Shown here: positions 25,402-38,418 of the stretch, piece after piece
How the letters are laid out: every line of letters begins with the position of its first letter
Position numbering within the stretch: the stretch's first letter is position 1
From: Albugo candida
Taxonomy: Eukaryota
Assembly: GCA_040437565.1 (NCBI GenBank)
Contig: JBDOQK010000004.1
Span: forward strand, 806,001 to 870,000
DNA length: 64,000 nucleotides
Direction: 5' to 3'
Made by a program: the position numbers and the translations under genes
Notes under the pieces: model-generated
What the model was told of the DNA's origin: nothing
What the model saw: only the letters and a program-made list of their open reading frames with translations
Databases searched by the model: none

Positions 25402-26370
25402 ATGGAAGAGTCTTTCAAAACAAGAGTAATTATAACAACACTTCAAAAATACGGCTACGATCTTAATTTTCAACAAAACGTAAAGGAACCAATGGATCGC
25501 TTTTCGGACCCAATCGAATCGTATGATTTTGCAAATATCCCATTTACGATGTCAAGTATCTTCCAATTACGCTGTCCGAAATTGAATCAAACGGTATTCC
25601 ATTTGGCCGCAAGAAAAGGACATGTTGACGTCATTCGCGCACTAATAAAGCTTCCCAACGCCAAAGTATTTATTAATTGTGGAGATCAACACGATAACAC
25701 GGCACTTCACTTTGCGGCTTCCTTTCAAAACCATTCAATTGCAGTGGAAATGGTTCAATTGCTCCTCGAGGATCATGCGATTCGTTCTATGGTGAATGTG
25801 CGTGACCAAACACCTTTGGCCATTCATATCTTGACCTCAAAAACGGATAGCCCGGACGTTGCTCGCTTGTTTATTTCAGAAGAAACAAACAATTTAGAGG
25901 ATTTGAATCAACTGATTTTGAACAGGACCACGACGTATTTGCATCTGGCAATCGAGAGAGGTCTGATCAAAATCGCATGTTTTTTGGTATCGAAGGGAGC
26001 TTCCATCAACGTCCCCGATGAAAATGGGATTGCTGTCAGCGATATTTTGCCCAGAAAAAGACTTGTACGCCTTATTTGCGCTATGAAGCAAGGCTATCAA
26101 ACGCCGAATCCTCTCAGTCGGAATCAATGTCAGCTCTGCAAGCATCCAAAATCGATGATGGAATCTTACAAAGATTGTCGTCTATGTGGCCGCATAGTGT
26201 GCAAAACGTGCTCGAAACGAGTGCATGACGTTAAATTAGGGACAATCAAGGATGTCAAAAAGGATGAGCGATTGTGTTCATTATGTATAACAGTGTCAAT
26301 GTTGCGTGAGAAACACCAAAAAGAACGAAAAGGTTTCCTAAATATGTTGCATGGCTGCCACGATCAGTGA
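25402..26370 (+). CDS. Ankyrin-repeat protein with C-terminal FYVE-like zinc finger
   Basis: TVFHLAARKGH, DNTALHFAA, QTPLAIH, TYLHLAIERG; eight-Cys finger CQLC..CRLCGRIVCKTC..CSLC. Confidence 0.85.
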   Translation: MEESFKTRVIITTLQKYGYDLNFQQNVKEPMDRFSDPIESYDFANIPFTMSSIFQLRCPKLNQTVFHLAARKGHVDVIRALIKLPNAKVFINCGDQHDNTALHFAASFQNHSIAVEMVQLLLEDHAIRSMVNVRDQTPLAIHILTSKTDSPDVARLFISEETNNLEDLNQLILNRTTTYLHLAIERGLIKIACFLVSKGASINVPDENGIAVSDILPRKRLVRLICAMKQGYQTPNPLSRNQCQLCKHPKSMMESYKDCRLCGRIVCKTCSKRVHDVKLGTIKDVKKDERLCSLCITVSMLREKHQKERKGFLNMLHGCHDQ

Positions 26371-26526
26371 TTTGTGTAATCCTCATGAATAAAGATATCA
26401 ATATCATTGGCTCATAATGCTTATTCCCTTCCAATCAACACCTCTCAAAGATACCGCTTTCTTGGTGTAAATCGTACTTTCTCACACGAATATGCAAAAA
26501 AGCAAAGGACAAAGTCTCTTGTGACA

Positions 26527-27865
26527 ATGTCTCACTTTTCAGCGATTCAAAAGCTTATAACTGAATGCGTACCTCCTGCAATGGCTTTGAAAGAGGATGA
26601 AACCTCGTGCGCCTCAATAACGAATCTATCCCACGTTTTGGCTGAAACAGCTTGCGAAACCACACGAGCTTCTGCAAAGCATCCAGCTCGAGCACTGAAA
26701 AAGTGCATCGCGCCGTATTGTCAAAGCTTGGCTAGATCCCGAGGACTTTGCAAGGCTCATGGTGGTGGTAAACGATGTCTTTATCCCGATTGTGGATTGA
26801 GCGATCAAGGTGGCGGGTACTGCATCCGTCACGGCGGTGGAAGAAGATGCAAAGTCGATGGATGCATGAAATCAGCTCAATCGCGACAGTTTTGCAAGGC
26901 CCATGGAGGAGGAACTCGATGTAAATATACAGAATGCAATAAATTGAGTCAAGGCGGTGGATTCTGCCGTTCCCATGGAGGTCAGNNNNNNNNNNNNNNN
27001 NNNNNNNNNNNNNNNNNNNNNNNNNNNNNNNNNNNNNNNNNNNNNNNNNNNNNNNNNNNNNNNNNNNNNNNNNNNNNNNNNNNNNCACTTTTCAGCGATT
27101 CAAAAGCTTATAACTGAATGCGTACCTCCTGCAATGGCTTTGAAAGAGGATGAAACCTCGTGCGCCTCAATAACGAATCTATCCCACGTTTTGGCTGAAA
27201 CAGCTTGCGAAACCACACGAGCTTCTGCAAAGCATCCAGCTCGAGCACTGAAAAAGTGCATCGCGCCGTATTGTCAAAGCTTGGCTAGATCCCGAGGACT
27301 TTGCAAGGCTCATGGTGGTGGTAAACGATGTCTTTATCCCGATTGTGGATTGAGCGATCAAGGTGGCGGGTACTGCATCCGTCACGGCGGTGGAAGAAGA
27401 TGCAAAGTCGATGGATGCATGAAATCAGCTCAATCGCGACAGTTTTGCAAGGCCCATGGAGGAGGAACTCGATGTAAATATACAGAATGCAATAAATTGA
27501 GTCAAGGCGGTGGATTCTGCCGTTCCCATGGAGGTCAGACAGAGAGGAAAAATCCGCTTACTCGTAAGAAAATCTGTCGAGCACCCACCAGAAATGAGAA
27601 ACATTGCGGCACATTTGTGTTCGAGCACAATTTGACGCAATTGGATGCTTCTGTTCAGAACCTCTCGACTCAAATCGATAAGACTCAAACAATCGGATTT
27701 TACAGCTTTGAACACCAAACACATACTGTTGAACAATGCATTGTTCGAGGATGTCGTGAGCCGCGAGGAGGATACTTTCAGCCTTCGTTTTTTTGCTTTA
27801 ATCATACCGCTAATTTATACTGGGCAATCTCATTATTGGAAATCTCCATACGACTCGTTCTATGA
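26527..27865 (+). CDS. C-x4-C-x10-C-x2-HGG repeat (WRKY19-like zinc finger) protein; interrupted by a gap with an artefactual duplication
   Basis: Four repeats: CKAHGGGKRC, CIRHGGGRRC, CKAHGGGTRC, CRSHGG. 26533..26985 is repeated after the N-gap. Confidence 0.85.
26533..27538. repeat. 453-bp duplication flanking a 100-N gap (likely assembly artefact)
   Basis: 26533..26985 appears identical to 27086..27538. Confidence 0.9.
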
Positions 27866-28497
27866 GATATATACTCAGTGACCTTTGAAAATTAATGGAA
27901 AAAGCTGAAAATTTGATCCGATTGCTTGGCGTTGGATACGCGTGCTCGATTTGCGTCTTAATCTATCAGCTTCGGAGTAATACGACAGGTTCGGTTTGTT
28001 ATAAATATCGTTCAAAAATAATACTCAGAATGATGGATAGATGTCATCATGTTAGTGACAGTGTACACCCTCGCATTTACTTGTCCATGGTGAGTGCTTT
28101 GATAACGTTAATTTAACCCGAATAACGCACTCGCTGTAAAGCTTCTGGATGGCTGTTCGGTACGTCTAGAATCACTCATATACGTTATCTCAATCGATGA
28201 CGCAGACTTTGTCGGCAAATGAAAAAGAAACAAGTTGATCCTCCAGTAAAGGTACTCAGGAAACGACCGAAGGTCGCAATCCCTCAGGAAAAAATCGCGG
28301 TCCGGACTCAAGCGGAAATATTGGCGGAACAGCGAGCGCGAGCGAAAAAGTTACACTCAAGTGGGAAAGTATTACAAGTAAATTAAAATAAGAAAAATAT
28401 TACTAAATAAAAATGCGGAAGCGAAGCTAACAACTAAAGGATTCTACTGATGAATAAATATGTGTTTACATAATGCAGAATCTCAAACGTCAGCGAG

Positions 28498-29372
28498 TCA
28501 GTGAAATTTCTCAAAGATTCGAAGACGAGGACTTGAGTCATTCTTCAAACATTCTTCTTCGCCATCAGATCCAGCTGACCATTGCAATGGTGATTCAACA
28601 CTCGGCGAGTAATCCCTCCACAATTCTTGCGCATCTAAAGTATAATTCTTTTGCTGTGTCTCTTTTGTCATGCTCTTTGGCTTGGTAGAAATAACTCCTA
28701 ATCTGATATCGTCATTTTTGTCGGAGATGGAGAATTTCACCAATGCGTCAATAGCGTCCTGGAAATGAGGGTACATTGGGTCTTGACTAAGGTATATTTC
28801 ATCAGCATTTGAGTCCCAGCTTTTGTCTGAGTCAATAGGCTTTTTAGATGTGTGAGGTTGAGGGGAAACTGGTTGAAAGCCTTCGGTTTCCTCGTGTATG
28901 AATCGACAGCGACTTCCGTAAGGACAATGACCGGATCCCCAATACGATTTACATTTGGTTGTTTTGTATTTGGGATGACGCACAACGTGACGCAATTCAT
29001 CAAATCCGTGGGCAAATTGGCATTTAGCTACGAGAGAAGAGTGAGGATGGAGAGTGATATAGGTTATATGAAGATCGTACCTCCGTAACGACAACTGCCA
29101 AATTCGGTAAATCGTTTACAAAGTTCTGTTTTGTATAGAGAAGACTTTGTGGCGAATTCGTCTTGAAAGTAAGGTGCATTTTCGTAACCATCGACGTCAT
29201 CGTAATTTAAAAGCTGATCAGATGGCACGTAACCGATATGAAAAGAATTAATGGACTCTTGCGGATACATGAGACTTTGTTCGACAGCATGATCTTTGTA
29301 AAAATGCGAGTAACTAGACTTGGACATGTCGTAATTACCGATTGGTTCCATTGATTCCATAAGCATAGTCAT
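28498..29372 (-). CDS. TIS11/tristetraprolin-family tandem CCCH zinc-finger mRNA-decay protein; two exons
   Basis: Removing a 53-nt intron (29028..29080) gives [56 protein letters not shown]-terminal RLRIFEKF resembles the NOT1-binding motif. Confidence 0.92.
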
Positions 29373-30458
29373 GAATATTGAGGACGCGGATGAAGATTGA
29401 ATTCGAAGAGATGATCTTGGTCACTCGTTGGTATTGAGTATAGATAGGTTGCGTTTGTAACTGAAAAAGAAAGAGTAAGCAGTGATGTGAAAGACTTAAT
29501 GATCCGACTCGAGTGCCACCAGTCGTAATCAAGTTAGAGAGTACCACGCTCCCTAAATGAGTACCACACGAAGCCTTTTTTTTAAAATTCTTGGGCTGGC
29601 TTTTCGACCAATACGATCTATTGTAATTTTAGAATAGAGCGCGGGTTAGGGTGCGTCATCCTTTTCTTTTCATTAGAAGCCAATGAAATAATGTATTCTT
29701 CAATGTCATAAAACCTTGATCATGAGAGACGCGACTAAAGAGGGACCTGCATACATTTAAACACAATCCTTCATGATGGAAATCGCTCCAAGAAAAAGAA
29801 GAGATAAGCAGCGTAATTTTCGACTGCTCACCTGTCGGGGAAATTCTGTATTAAAAAAACCTCAAGATGTATAGACATCGTCAGGGTTAGGCTAGGTATG
29901 AAGAACGAGAAAACGTAGCTCACATGGAGCATTAAGTGCATCTTTGGAGCGATTACGCAACAATTGTCTAAATTACAATTGGGAACGCCTCATTGTGACT
30001 GAGGAAGCACTAGAAACGATCAGGTACTTGATAAGTTTACTTCCAATTAGCAATGCATTCTTGGTAGCGGGTAGCGTTTCCGAGCTGTTATATATTCTGC
30101 AGATATTCTCGTCACATCGAGCATGGCGTTGTCACAATCACGAGGCTAGTACCACATCGTATTGCAATTCAACGTTCAGTTGTAGACCTTAAACGTGGCA
30201 CAATGATTCTATTTGTGTCTCATCTGATGTACATTATGTAAGCGAGACAACTCGTGTACGGCACTTGTTTCCTTCTTATCGGTAGCCCTCGACTGAGGTC
30301 CCTTCACATTGTTCTTAGCGTTTTGTGAATTTATGTGACCCACAAAATTTGAATGTGTNNNNNNNNNNNNNNNNNNNNNNNNNNNNNNNNNNNNNNNNNN
30401 NNNNNNNNNNNNNNNNNNNNNNNNNNNNNNNNNNNNNNNNNNNNNNNNNNNNNNNNNN

Positions 30459-32109
30459 CGATTGGATAATCGCTCCCGTTCAGATCCAATCGCGTGATAC
30501 GGTCGATGACGTTGCACGTGACACGCCTGCGTTACCTCTTCCGGACGAAGACTCGAGCCTTCGATACAGCGCGCATGTGTTCGGAGCTTTTTTTTTAACA
30601 TAAAGAGCAAAATGCTGCTTTCTCCGACCAGACAAATCGATAATATAAAGGTGATGTAAATCACAGCCACTGCGCCATACATTTGTCCGCTGTATTCGCC
30701 CATAAAGAACCCCATCAAGACCGGGATGAAGACCTCACCCATTCCTGCCCCAAAAATGATAAGCGACGAAACTCTGCGTATGAGCGCCTCATTGATGACA
30801 CGTGTTAAGCAGTAATTGCTCAATGTGAATAATGGCGATAATGCAAATGCAAATGCAATGAGGCAGAGAATGAAGCTTGGAAGTCCCAACTCAATGCCCC
30901 AAAGAAGTCCAAATGAGCTTATCATGCAGATCACCGATAATATGACGATATAAAAAGTATTGATCGATCGAAACGCATACATCGAGAATATAGTATAAGA
31001 AGTTGCTAATGCGGCCCAAAATATCGTCATCAATAACGCACACCACTCATTCAACGATAAACTGGAATCATGATCCAGTATATATTGAGAATTGTCGTAC
31101 ACGTTTACCCATGGATGAGAAGAACTCGTGAGTACATGTGCGATATAATCGTACAAAAAAGCTCCCAAACCAAGCTGAACCCCAAATAATGTGGTTGCTA
31201 GAATTGTCACCATAAGTACGATAAAGTTACTAGCTGGGTCGTAATTATCAGGATCTGAATCAACCGAGCCTTCATAGTGTTTGATGGGAAGGAAAACACC
31301 TCCGACAATCGGGCTAGGTACTGTTGAAATCAATCGTGTTGGGTCTTCGGCACTGAGCAGCGGTTCCTGTTCGTTTTGGAATGTCCGCGGCTTGGGTATT
31401 GGTACACACAACAAAATACCTGCGGGAATTAATGTCAATGCTGAAAGACCGTAAAATGCATAAACCAATTCAACGGAAAAGCAAAGAAGAATCAGAGCGA
31501 GAATGGAACCGAATACAGTTCCAATTCCGAACGCGATGTTGAGTGAGGTGATGAGACGTCGACCATTCTCAATTTTCTCCCCGGTAATCCATAAACAACA
31601 ACGACTGATACTGTATGAAAGAAATAATCAGTTTTGTTACAAAAATTTCAAATGTATACTAACGAGATATTGAGCAAAGACGACCAAAATCCTTTGGCAA
31701 TGAAATAGATGCTTACACCAAGACTTCCACCGTATCCGGCTAAACTCGTTAGCAACGCGTACCAAATGCTACTACCGCCCAGCAGTAGGAGTAGAAGCAA
31801 CTTGACTCTCTCTTTTTTTATGAAAGAACTTAGGATAAGTTCGCTCATGAACGACATCATCAATGCGGCACCACCGTGCGCTGAAAAGATTGGACCAAAT
31901 GAAGCAACCGGGCTTTGAATTTTGCTTACGTAGCTAGCTTTGACGGAGAAATAACCCAACGATGGTCCTAAGAGACCCAAAAACATCCCTTGTAGCATGT
32001 AAATGAACTGATATGATAGTATTTGAGCTTCGTAGGATTCATCCGGTTGCACTATGTTGTGGTTGATTGGATCGCGGTGAGCTCGTTGATCGGATGCATC
32101 ACTGTACAT
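30459..32109 (-). CDS. MFS transporter (MFSD4-like); at least two exons, 3' end runs into a gap
   Basis: GMFLGLLGPSL, LNIAFGIGTVFGSI, GAGMGEVFIPVLMG; about 12 TM segments. Confidence 0.75.
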
Positions 32110-32725
32110 GAGAGTTGTCGCGCGAAATGAGTTTTATCGCGGCACCTGACACATTCTTTTTTTGGTTCGATTCCATATTACCGATATTGAAGGCGGGTAG
32201 GGATCGGTAATAGTAGCGGTTACGATTCGAGAACCGCGGTCAAGCGAGGAATGCCGTGATTTTTATCGAGAAAGCATGCGTTCCGAAGGACCGATCGAAG
32301 ATTGCCTTTCGTACGTCCTTGCAATTCTTTTTATGTTTGGTATCTGGTGAATACAATCATCTGTTAAGATGTAGAATAATTGGTACAATGACTCTCGTGG
32401 GTCTTTCCGGCTACTTTTATCACCAGGTACAATTCAATCCTACACACAATTTTTACAATTCATTCTGTGTATTGCAGAGTCAAAAAGTGACCCCAGCCTT
32501 AAAGACTCAACGCTACTGGCTGCAGTTCTGCAGCGCTGGTTTCTTATTGGCAGGAATTGCGCGTGCAAAGCCGTCTGACTCAAAAGCAACTGATCTAAAT
32601 GATGTTGCCGATTAAGCACCTAACGCCAACAATTGGAACGTTCAAAACACACAAGCTGTACATAATATGTTACAATAGTTTGCTTAAGCTCCAGGTGCTA
32701 CCCTTTCGTTGCCAAATGCTGTGGC

Positions 32726-33923
32726 TCACGTAAGAGGGAGAAGACTGCAGTGCAAATTTGCAGGTCGGTGCAAATTGTCGTGTACCATTGAGATGGATAC
32801 AAACACTTTTCTATCTCGCGAATTCGCAAAGCTCCAAATCATCTTACTCTGCGCAGACGCCATTTCGCATGAAAGCACTCGATTGACCAGTTTGTACATT
32901 GTGGGTGTATCCATTTGTGTGCACATTGTGTACAGACTGTGTAGTCGCAATTCATCGATATTTTTGCAGCTCAATTCCATAAATAGTGTGTTTGCATCCA
33001 CAATCGTCCCATCCAATTTGCATAACAGACTCGGCATACTGCTGTTACAAAAAACATCTCGGTACGTTGCTGAGGAGTCCTCTAGTATCTCCCTCGTTCG
33101 AAAGGAGCCACTTTGTGAGGAGATAGACCCTGTGTAGGATGAGGACTCCAAATCCATTACGTAATGCTGTTGCATTGCGGGTACCGAGTGCGTGGGAGCG
33201 GGTGAAGACATACTCTCGGTCATAAACGTTTGCGAATCTGATGTTGAGGTGGGGGCTCGGGATTGAGGGCTGGGTTCCGCATTACTTGATTTACTCCTTT
33301 TGGTGTAGGATCCCTTTTCTTTTTCCAAGTGTGTTATATACTCAAGCGTCGCCTGCAACACACTGTATTTGTCCGTCTTCTGTAGAGAATATCCTGCGAG
33401 CTCCAATTTATGTCGAAGGATGCTAAATTGATGGCTAATTCGAAGGATTCGACGCTGCTCACGAAGATTATGGCGCTGTTTCTTGCTCAGATCGCTTATT
33501 GGAGTCAACGCCGTCCCAGGAGTCAATGGAGTCATCGGGAAAGAGCTTCCAGATGATGATTCACTACATCAAAAACGGTTCATTTACGTGAGGGAAAAGA
33601 ATTAGTGCGTAGACGTACCCGTCTGAGTTACGAGCTGGATTTTGATCAATCAGATTGAGTTTGATTTGCATGGGGTACGGCACGTTCTCTTGTTTCGGAG
33701 GCGATATCGTGCTATACGCAATCTCCAATGAGTTTGCATGATTGAGTCCGCCCACGATGGTATTATTTGGGTCAGAAGTACCGAGTCGGTGTGAGTTTGA
33801 ATACAGCGCGGTACGCCGTGACGTATTTGAGGTAGTTCCCTTCATCGGTTCTCCTTGCCTGAGGTTAGATAAAGCTGGAACGGAGGAAGGTGCTGTGTGG
33901 TGCATGTTAAATTTGTGCTCCAT
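32726..33923 (-). CDS. bHLH-PAS transcription factor (~380 aa; exons 33619..33923 and 32726..33563)
   Basis: bHLH: KKQRHNLREQRRILRISHQFSILRHKL..KTDKYSVLQATLEYITHL. PAS: YRDVFCNSSMPSLLCKLDGTIVDANTLFMELS..EL. Phase-compatible GT-AG intron at 33564..33618. Confidence 0.85.
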
Positions 33924-34648
33924 AAATTATCAGAAGTCGGCAAAAACGTTTGATCGTCTACAATAGATGTTAAGAAAGAAACGTTTGCTCTTTAGCGCGT
34001 GTAAAGGGTTTTGCACGTGGACAAGAGCAGCTGCTATCAAATTGAGGACTTTAGTTTAATTTTCTTGACTGAAAACTGCAGATAACTCAAAACAATGGAA
34101 CTACTCTCTCCACTTTCTTTTTTTCGCAATACTGATAATAGAACCTCGTTCATACCCTCCACTCTCCCGCAAAATTGATNNNNNNNNNNNNNNNNNNNNN
34201 NNNNNNNNNNNNNNNNNNNNNNNNNNNNNNNNNNNNNNNNNNNNNNNNNNNNNNNNNNNNNNNNNNNNNNNNNNNNNNNGTACGCCGTGACGTATTTGAG
34301 GTAGTTCCCTTCATCGGTTCTCCTTGCCTGAGGTTAGATAAAGCTGGAACGGAGGAAGGTGCTGTGTGGTGCATGTTAAATTTGTGCTCCATAAATTATC
34401 AGAAGTCGGCAAAAACGTTTGATCGTCTACAATAGATGTTAAGAAAGAAACGTTTGCTCTTTAGCGCGTGTAAAGGGTTTTGCACGTGGACAAGAGCAGC
34501 TGCTATCAAATTGAGGACTTTAGTTTAATTTTCTTGACTGAAAACTGCAGATAACTCAAAACAATGGAACTACTCTCTCCACTTTCTTTTTTTCGCAATA
34601 CTGATAATAGAACCTCGTTCATACCCTCCACTCTCCCGCAAAATTGAT
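33811..34648. repeat. 369-bp duplication flanking a 100-N gap (likely assembly artefact)
   Basis: 33811..34179 appears identical to 34280..34648. Confidence 0.9.
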
Positions 34649-34974
34649 ACATAAAATCAATTTTGCATCTGGAATTGCGTGCAAAGAAGAGGTCATTCGA
34701 ATGTATAACTTCATTAGTATACAAAGAAAGTATACTACGTGATGTAAGCAGTACACAATGAAGATATTATAAGACAAGACTCACGTTACAAGACGCACCG
34801 CTTCGAATCTGAGTGTGTGTGATTACGCTCGATTACTTGTGTTATGGAATCAGGTTATGAGTTCGCCACGGTCCCACATTCGGTAACGAATAAACGATCA
34901 AAAGCTAGAGACATTGGGTAGGAAGGCCTGATATTTTCGTCATATACTTATGTCACGGGTTTTTGGGTAGCGCT

Positions 34975-35860
34975 ATGAAGACGCAGAATCTTATGCACAA
35001 CAAACGAGTTTATCGTGGGACGACATTAAGCCGCTCAGTAATTATATCCTCGCGAGTAGAGTCACACTGTAACCAGGAATCCTTATTGTTTTCGACAGGA
35101 CACCACAAAGGAGCAAACGAGTAGCAACAACACTAGTCCTAGTCCGCATAATAAAAAAAAAGTTTCAGCATGGCGCCCCGGTACCCCACCCCCGGTCGAT
35201 GGAAGAATTCACACGCTTATACAGACCGAAACCTACTTGGAGGAACTCTGTGATCGCGTTCCAGAGAAGCACGTCGATACACAAACAGACTGCTTCGCCG
35301 ATGTAGCTGCTCCAGTCCCATTTATACCGACTCCAAGTGGCACGGATGCTTGCACACAAATTGAGGATGGCGATCTGTTCGATTTCGATTTAGAAGTGGA
35401 ACCGATTTTAGAGGTTTTAGTAGGGAAAGCACTTGAATTCGGTATGTTGGAAGTTCAGGAAGAAGATGAATTGAACGACATTCGTCGTCGGCAAGAGCTG
35501 TTCGAACATACAAGAAACGCAGAATTGACAGAATTGCAACGCTTGGAGGCAGAGACGAAGCGAAAGTATCTGGAGAAGCAGCGGAGAATCGAACAGGAGC
35601 AGAAACGTGCACAAGAACAAGCAGAATTGGAGGACAAAATAGCTGCTCGAACATATTCTCGTCAGTATATGTCCACATTACATTCTCAAGTATTTGAGTC
35701 GCTAATAGCGAGTGGTCATTTCTCTGATCCGCTGTTGGCTCAAATAAAAGCACAATTTCTACCAGCAATTATTACGAACGCTGCCAATAAAGTTCAAGAC
35801 GTCCAAGTTGCTCGGAAATTGGTCGACGCGCTACTTGCGGACGCACTAGCGCGGTATTGA
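34975..35860 (+). CDS. RSP3: Radial spoke protein 3
   Basis: NLMHNKRVYRGTT, TPPPVDGRIH..QTETYLEEL, TQIEDGDLFDFDLEVEPILEVLVGKALE; an additional 5' exon is possible. Confidence 0.93.
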
Positions 35861-36097
35861 AACGATGCGATTGGCATACAAAAATCCAGTATTTGCGATG
35901 TTCGAAAGACAGCTTAAAGAATGCGACCCACAAACGCTTTACGTGTTGCAAGTGTGGGCCACATGAAGGTAGATGCATTATTAGATTAGTGCGCATCAGA
36001 GGCGAATTATCTTGGATGAATGCAGAAATATAGTATAATCGATAATTATCGGGCCATTGCCTTCTAATTTTAAATACGAGAAATCTAACCCGATCAT

Positions 36098-38216
36098 ATG
36101 GTACCACCGATGATACGTGCTCGTTTCGGGTGCCCGCACTAACTCTAAACGATGTAGGCTCCAAAACCCAAAGGCAAATCGAAAGGACCCAAAAGAACGA
36201 AACAAGAGCGTCTTGAAGGTGAGCACACATCAAATTCCACTTGTCACATCCACTCGAAATATTGTAGAAAAAAGACTCCAGGAGGAAGCGGAGGCTAAAC
36301 GACAGGCCGATGAACTCATTAGGCTCGAGGAGGAACGTAAACTTCAAGAGTTGGAACTTGCTAAGCAGCGTGAACAAGAGGCTAAAAATCGCGCTGCGGA
36401 ACTCCTCAAACTCGCAATTGAGGAGGAAACTTATCGGGAACGTATTGAGTCACAACAAAAACGGCTGGAAACAAAACTAGGATTTTTAAAACAAGCACAA
36501 GACGTACGTTATTCTATGATTATATATGATAACTTGACGCATCCTTTTTTATAGTGGGAACGCTATCTTCAATGTGAATCGCGTCCCGCTGCTGACATCG
36601 AAGGCGATGTGAACGCTTTTCTAAACGCTTGGTCCGCTGACATGTCGACGGATCTCCATCACGTCACCGAATCCTGTGAGACCTCATGTCTAGTTATTGA
36701 CGATCTGATTTTTGTCGGTATGGAAGCTCTCGCAGTTAACAACATGCTGCTTGTCGACCAAAGTTTCACCTTTGTCGATTATATCCAACGACAAATACAC
36801 CAAAAATTGGAATTTGCAATGGTACACGTACTCCAATTCGCGGACGAATTTACCCAGATACACGCACGAAATGAAGTCAAAGTAACAAGTGCGAGTACAC
36901 ACAACCAGATCAGAATCGGATGCTGGATCAATCTGATTCCAAAAACGTCACGCAACCGTAAAGTCGACTTTAATGATCTCGGGATCGTCGTTGATTTGCC
37001 AAAATCATTGATTGCGCAATCACTTGCACTTCAAGTAACTTGGGTTCCATTCGATGGGTTTTCGTCGGCTCCAGGCTGCCTCAGTGAGGATATGGCGATG
37101 GGTGGAGTCTTCACAGTCGAATTGCTCCACCTCCCACCACCACCAATACGAGCTCGTGGATGGACAATTCGTGAGCTGTCGAAATCTCAAGAAACACCCG
37201 TCAATGCAAGAATGACGTACCCACTGGAAGGACTGGTTACATCTGCCACACTACCAATAAAAATCAGTTTCATACTTCCATCAGAAATGGTCATCCCTCC
37301 CACCCAAAAAATACAAATTGGCTCATGGAATGCACAAGAGAATCGATGGTCGCAAGACGGAATCGATGAGATCACATACTCATCAGACACGCACGCAATC
37401 ACTTTCCATACTTTACAATTATCCAATCTCGCGATTCTCCAAAATCGACACGCAAACATCCGAAAACGCGCTTGGAAAATCACTCTTTGCCCAATGTCAA
37501 TGGATCCTGTAGACGATACCAATGCGACGCAATGTGTCGCACTTACGATGCAAACAGACTCTTATGACCGCATTCATATCGAAATATCCGAACGAGGCTG
37601 TCGTCTCATTGAGATTTCCAGTATCCAACTGCCGGCTTTGCAGAACCGCTTCATGTCACCCGGTGAGCTCATCACGCGACTCGCAAAAGCGGGAATTGTA
37701 TTGTGTCCGGATCACACACAAAGTGGTAATTGGCCGAATCCCAAAACAAAGTCTTTTGAAGATCGTGTGATCAAAGAGCTTCTCAGTATCGTTCACGCGT
37801 ATGAGATCACTGTCGGGCAATTCGACCTTATGGACGACTCGGTGAGGTCTCTATGGACAGAAAGCGAGTCCATGAGCGAATCCCACATCGTATTCGGTAT
37901 TTGTGAGATATTTTGGCCGTATTTGAACGCTTTGGAAAAGGATCATGCGGCAAAGGCTTTTCCCGTTCACGTGCTCGCGTCTGTGGACACAAACGTCGCA
38001 GGCGGTGGAGTCAAATTCACACTCGACCAAGCAGTCGATAGGACACAATGCGATAATCCGACTCTGACATTTATTCATCTTTTCAATGCCGTCCAATCGA
38101 TCGCCACATTGGATGCAAAAGAGCGCATGCAACAACGAAATGAATTGATGGAATTCACACTTTATAAATTACTGAGTCTCATACGCATTTTCAGCTGTTC
38201 CGTTCCAAAAGGCTGA
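36098..38216 (+). CDS. DNAI7: CASC1/IC97/DNAI7-like axonemal inner-arm dynein subunit; multi-exon
   Basis: Predicted MAPKPKGKSKGPKRTKQERLEEKRLQEE K/E-rich N-terminus, then WERYLQCESRP...VNAFLNAW, MGGVFTVELLHLPPPP..RGW and W...RWSQDGI. Confidence 0.8.
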
Positions 38217-38418
38217 AAAAAGACGACCTCATACGACCTGAAATCTTCAGACGCGACGAATGGATCCCATACTGCAGCGGTTGTAAGTGTTCGAATAGAA
38301 ACTGTTGTGTTATTTTCAAACGTCGATTTAGCTCCAAATCGCTCGAAACGTGAAATATGTCGCATGTGTCTCCTAAAGTCGCAACCATTTCGCATCTTTC
38401 ACAATTGTATTTGAAGTC

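Noticed and set aside
30209-30358. MFS ORF continuing past the gap to a 419-aa product
   Set aside because: Frame across an arbitrary 100-N gap is meaningless; the true C-terminus is unknown.
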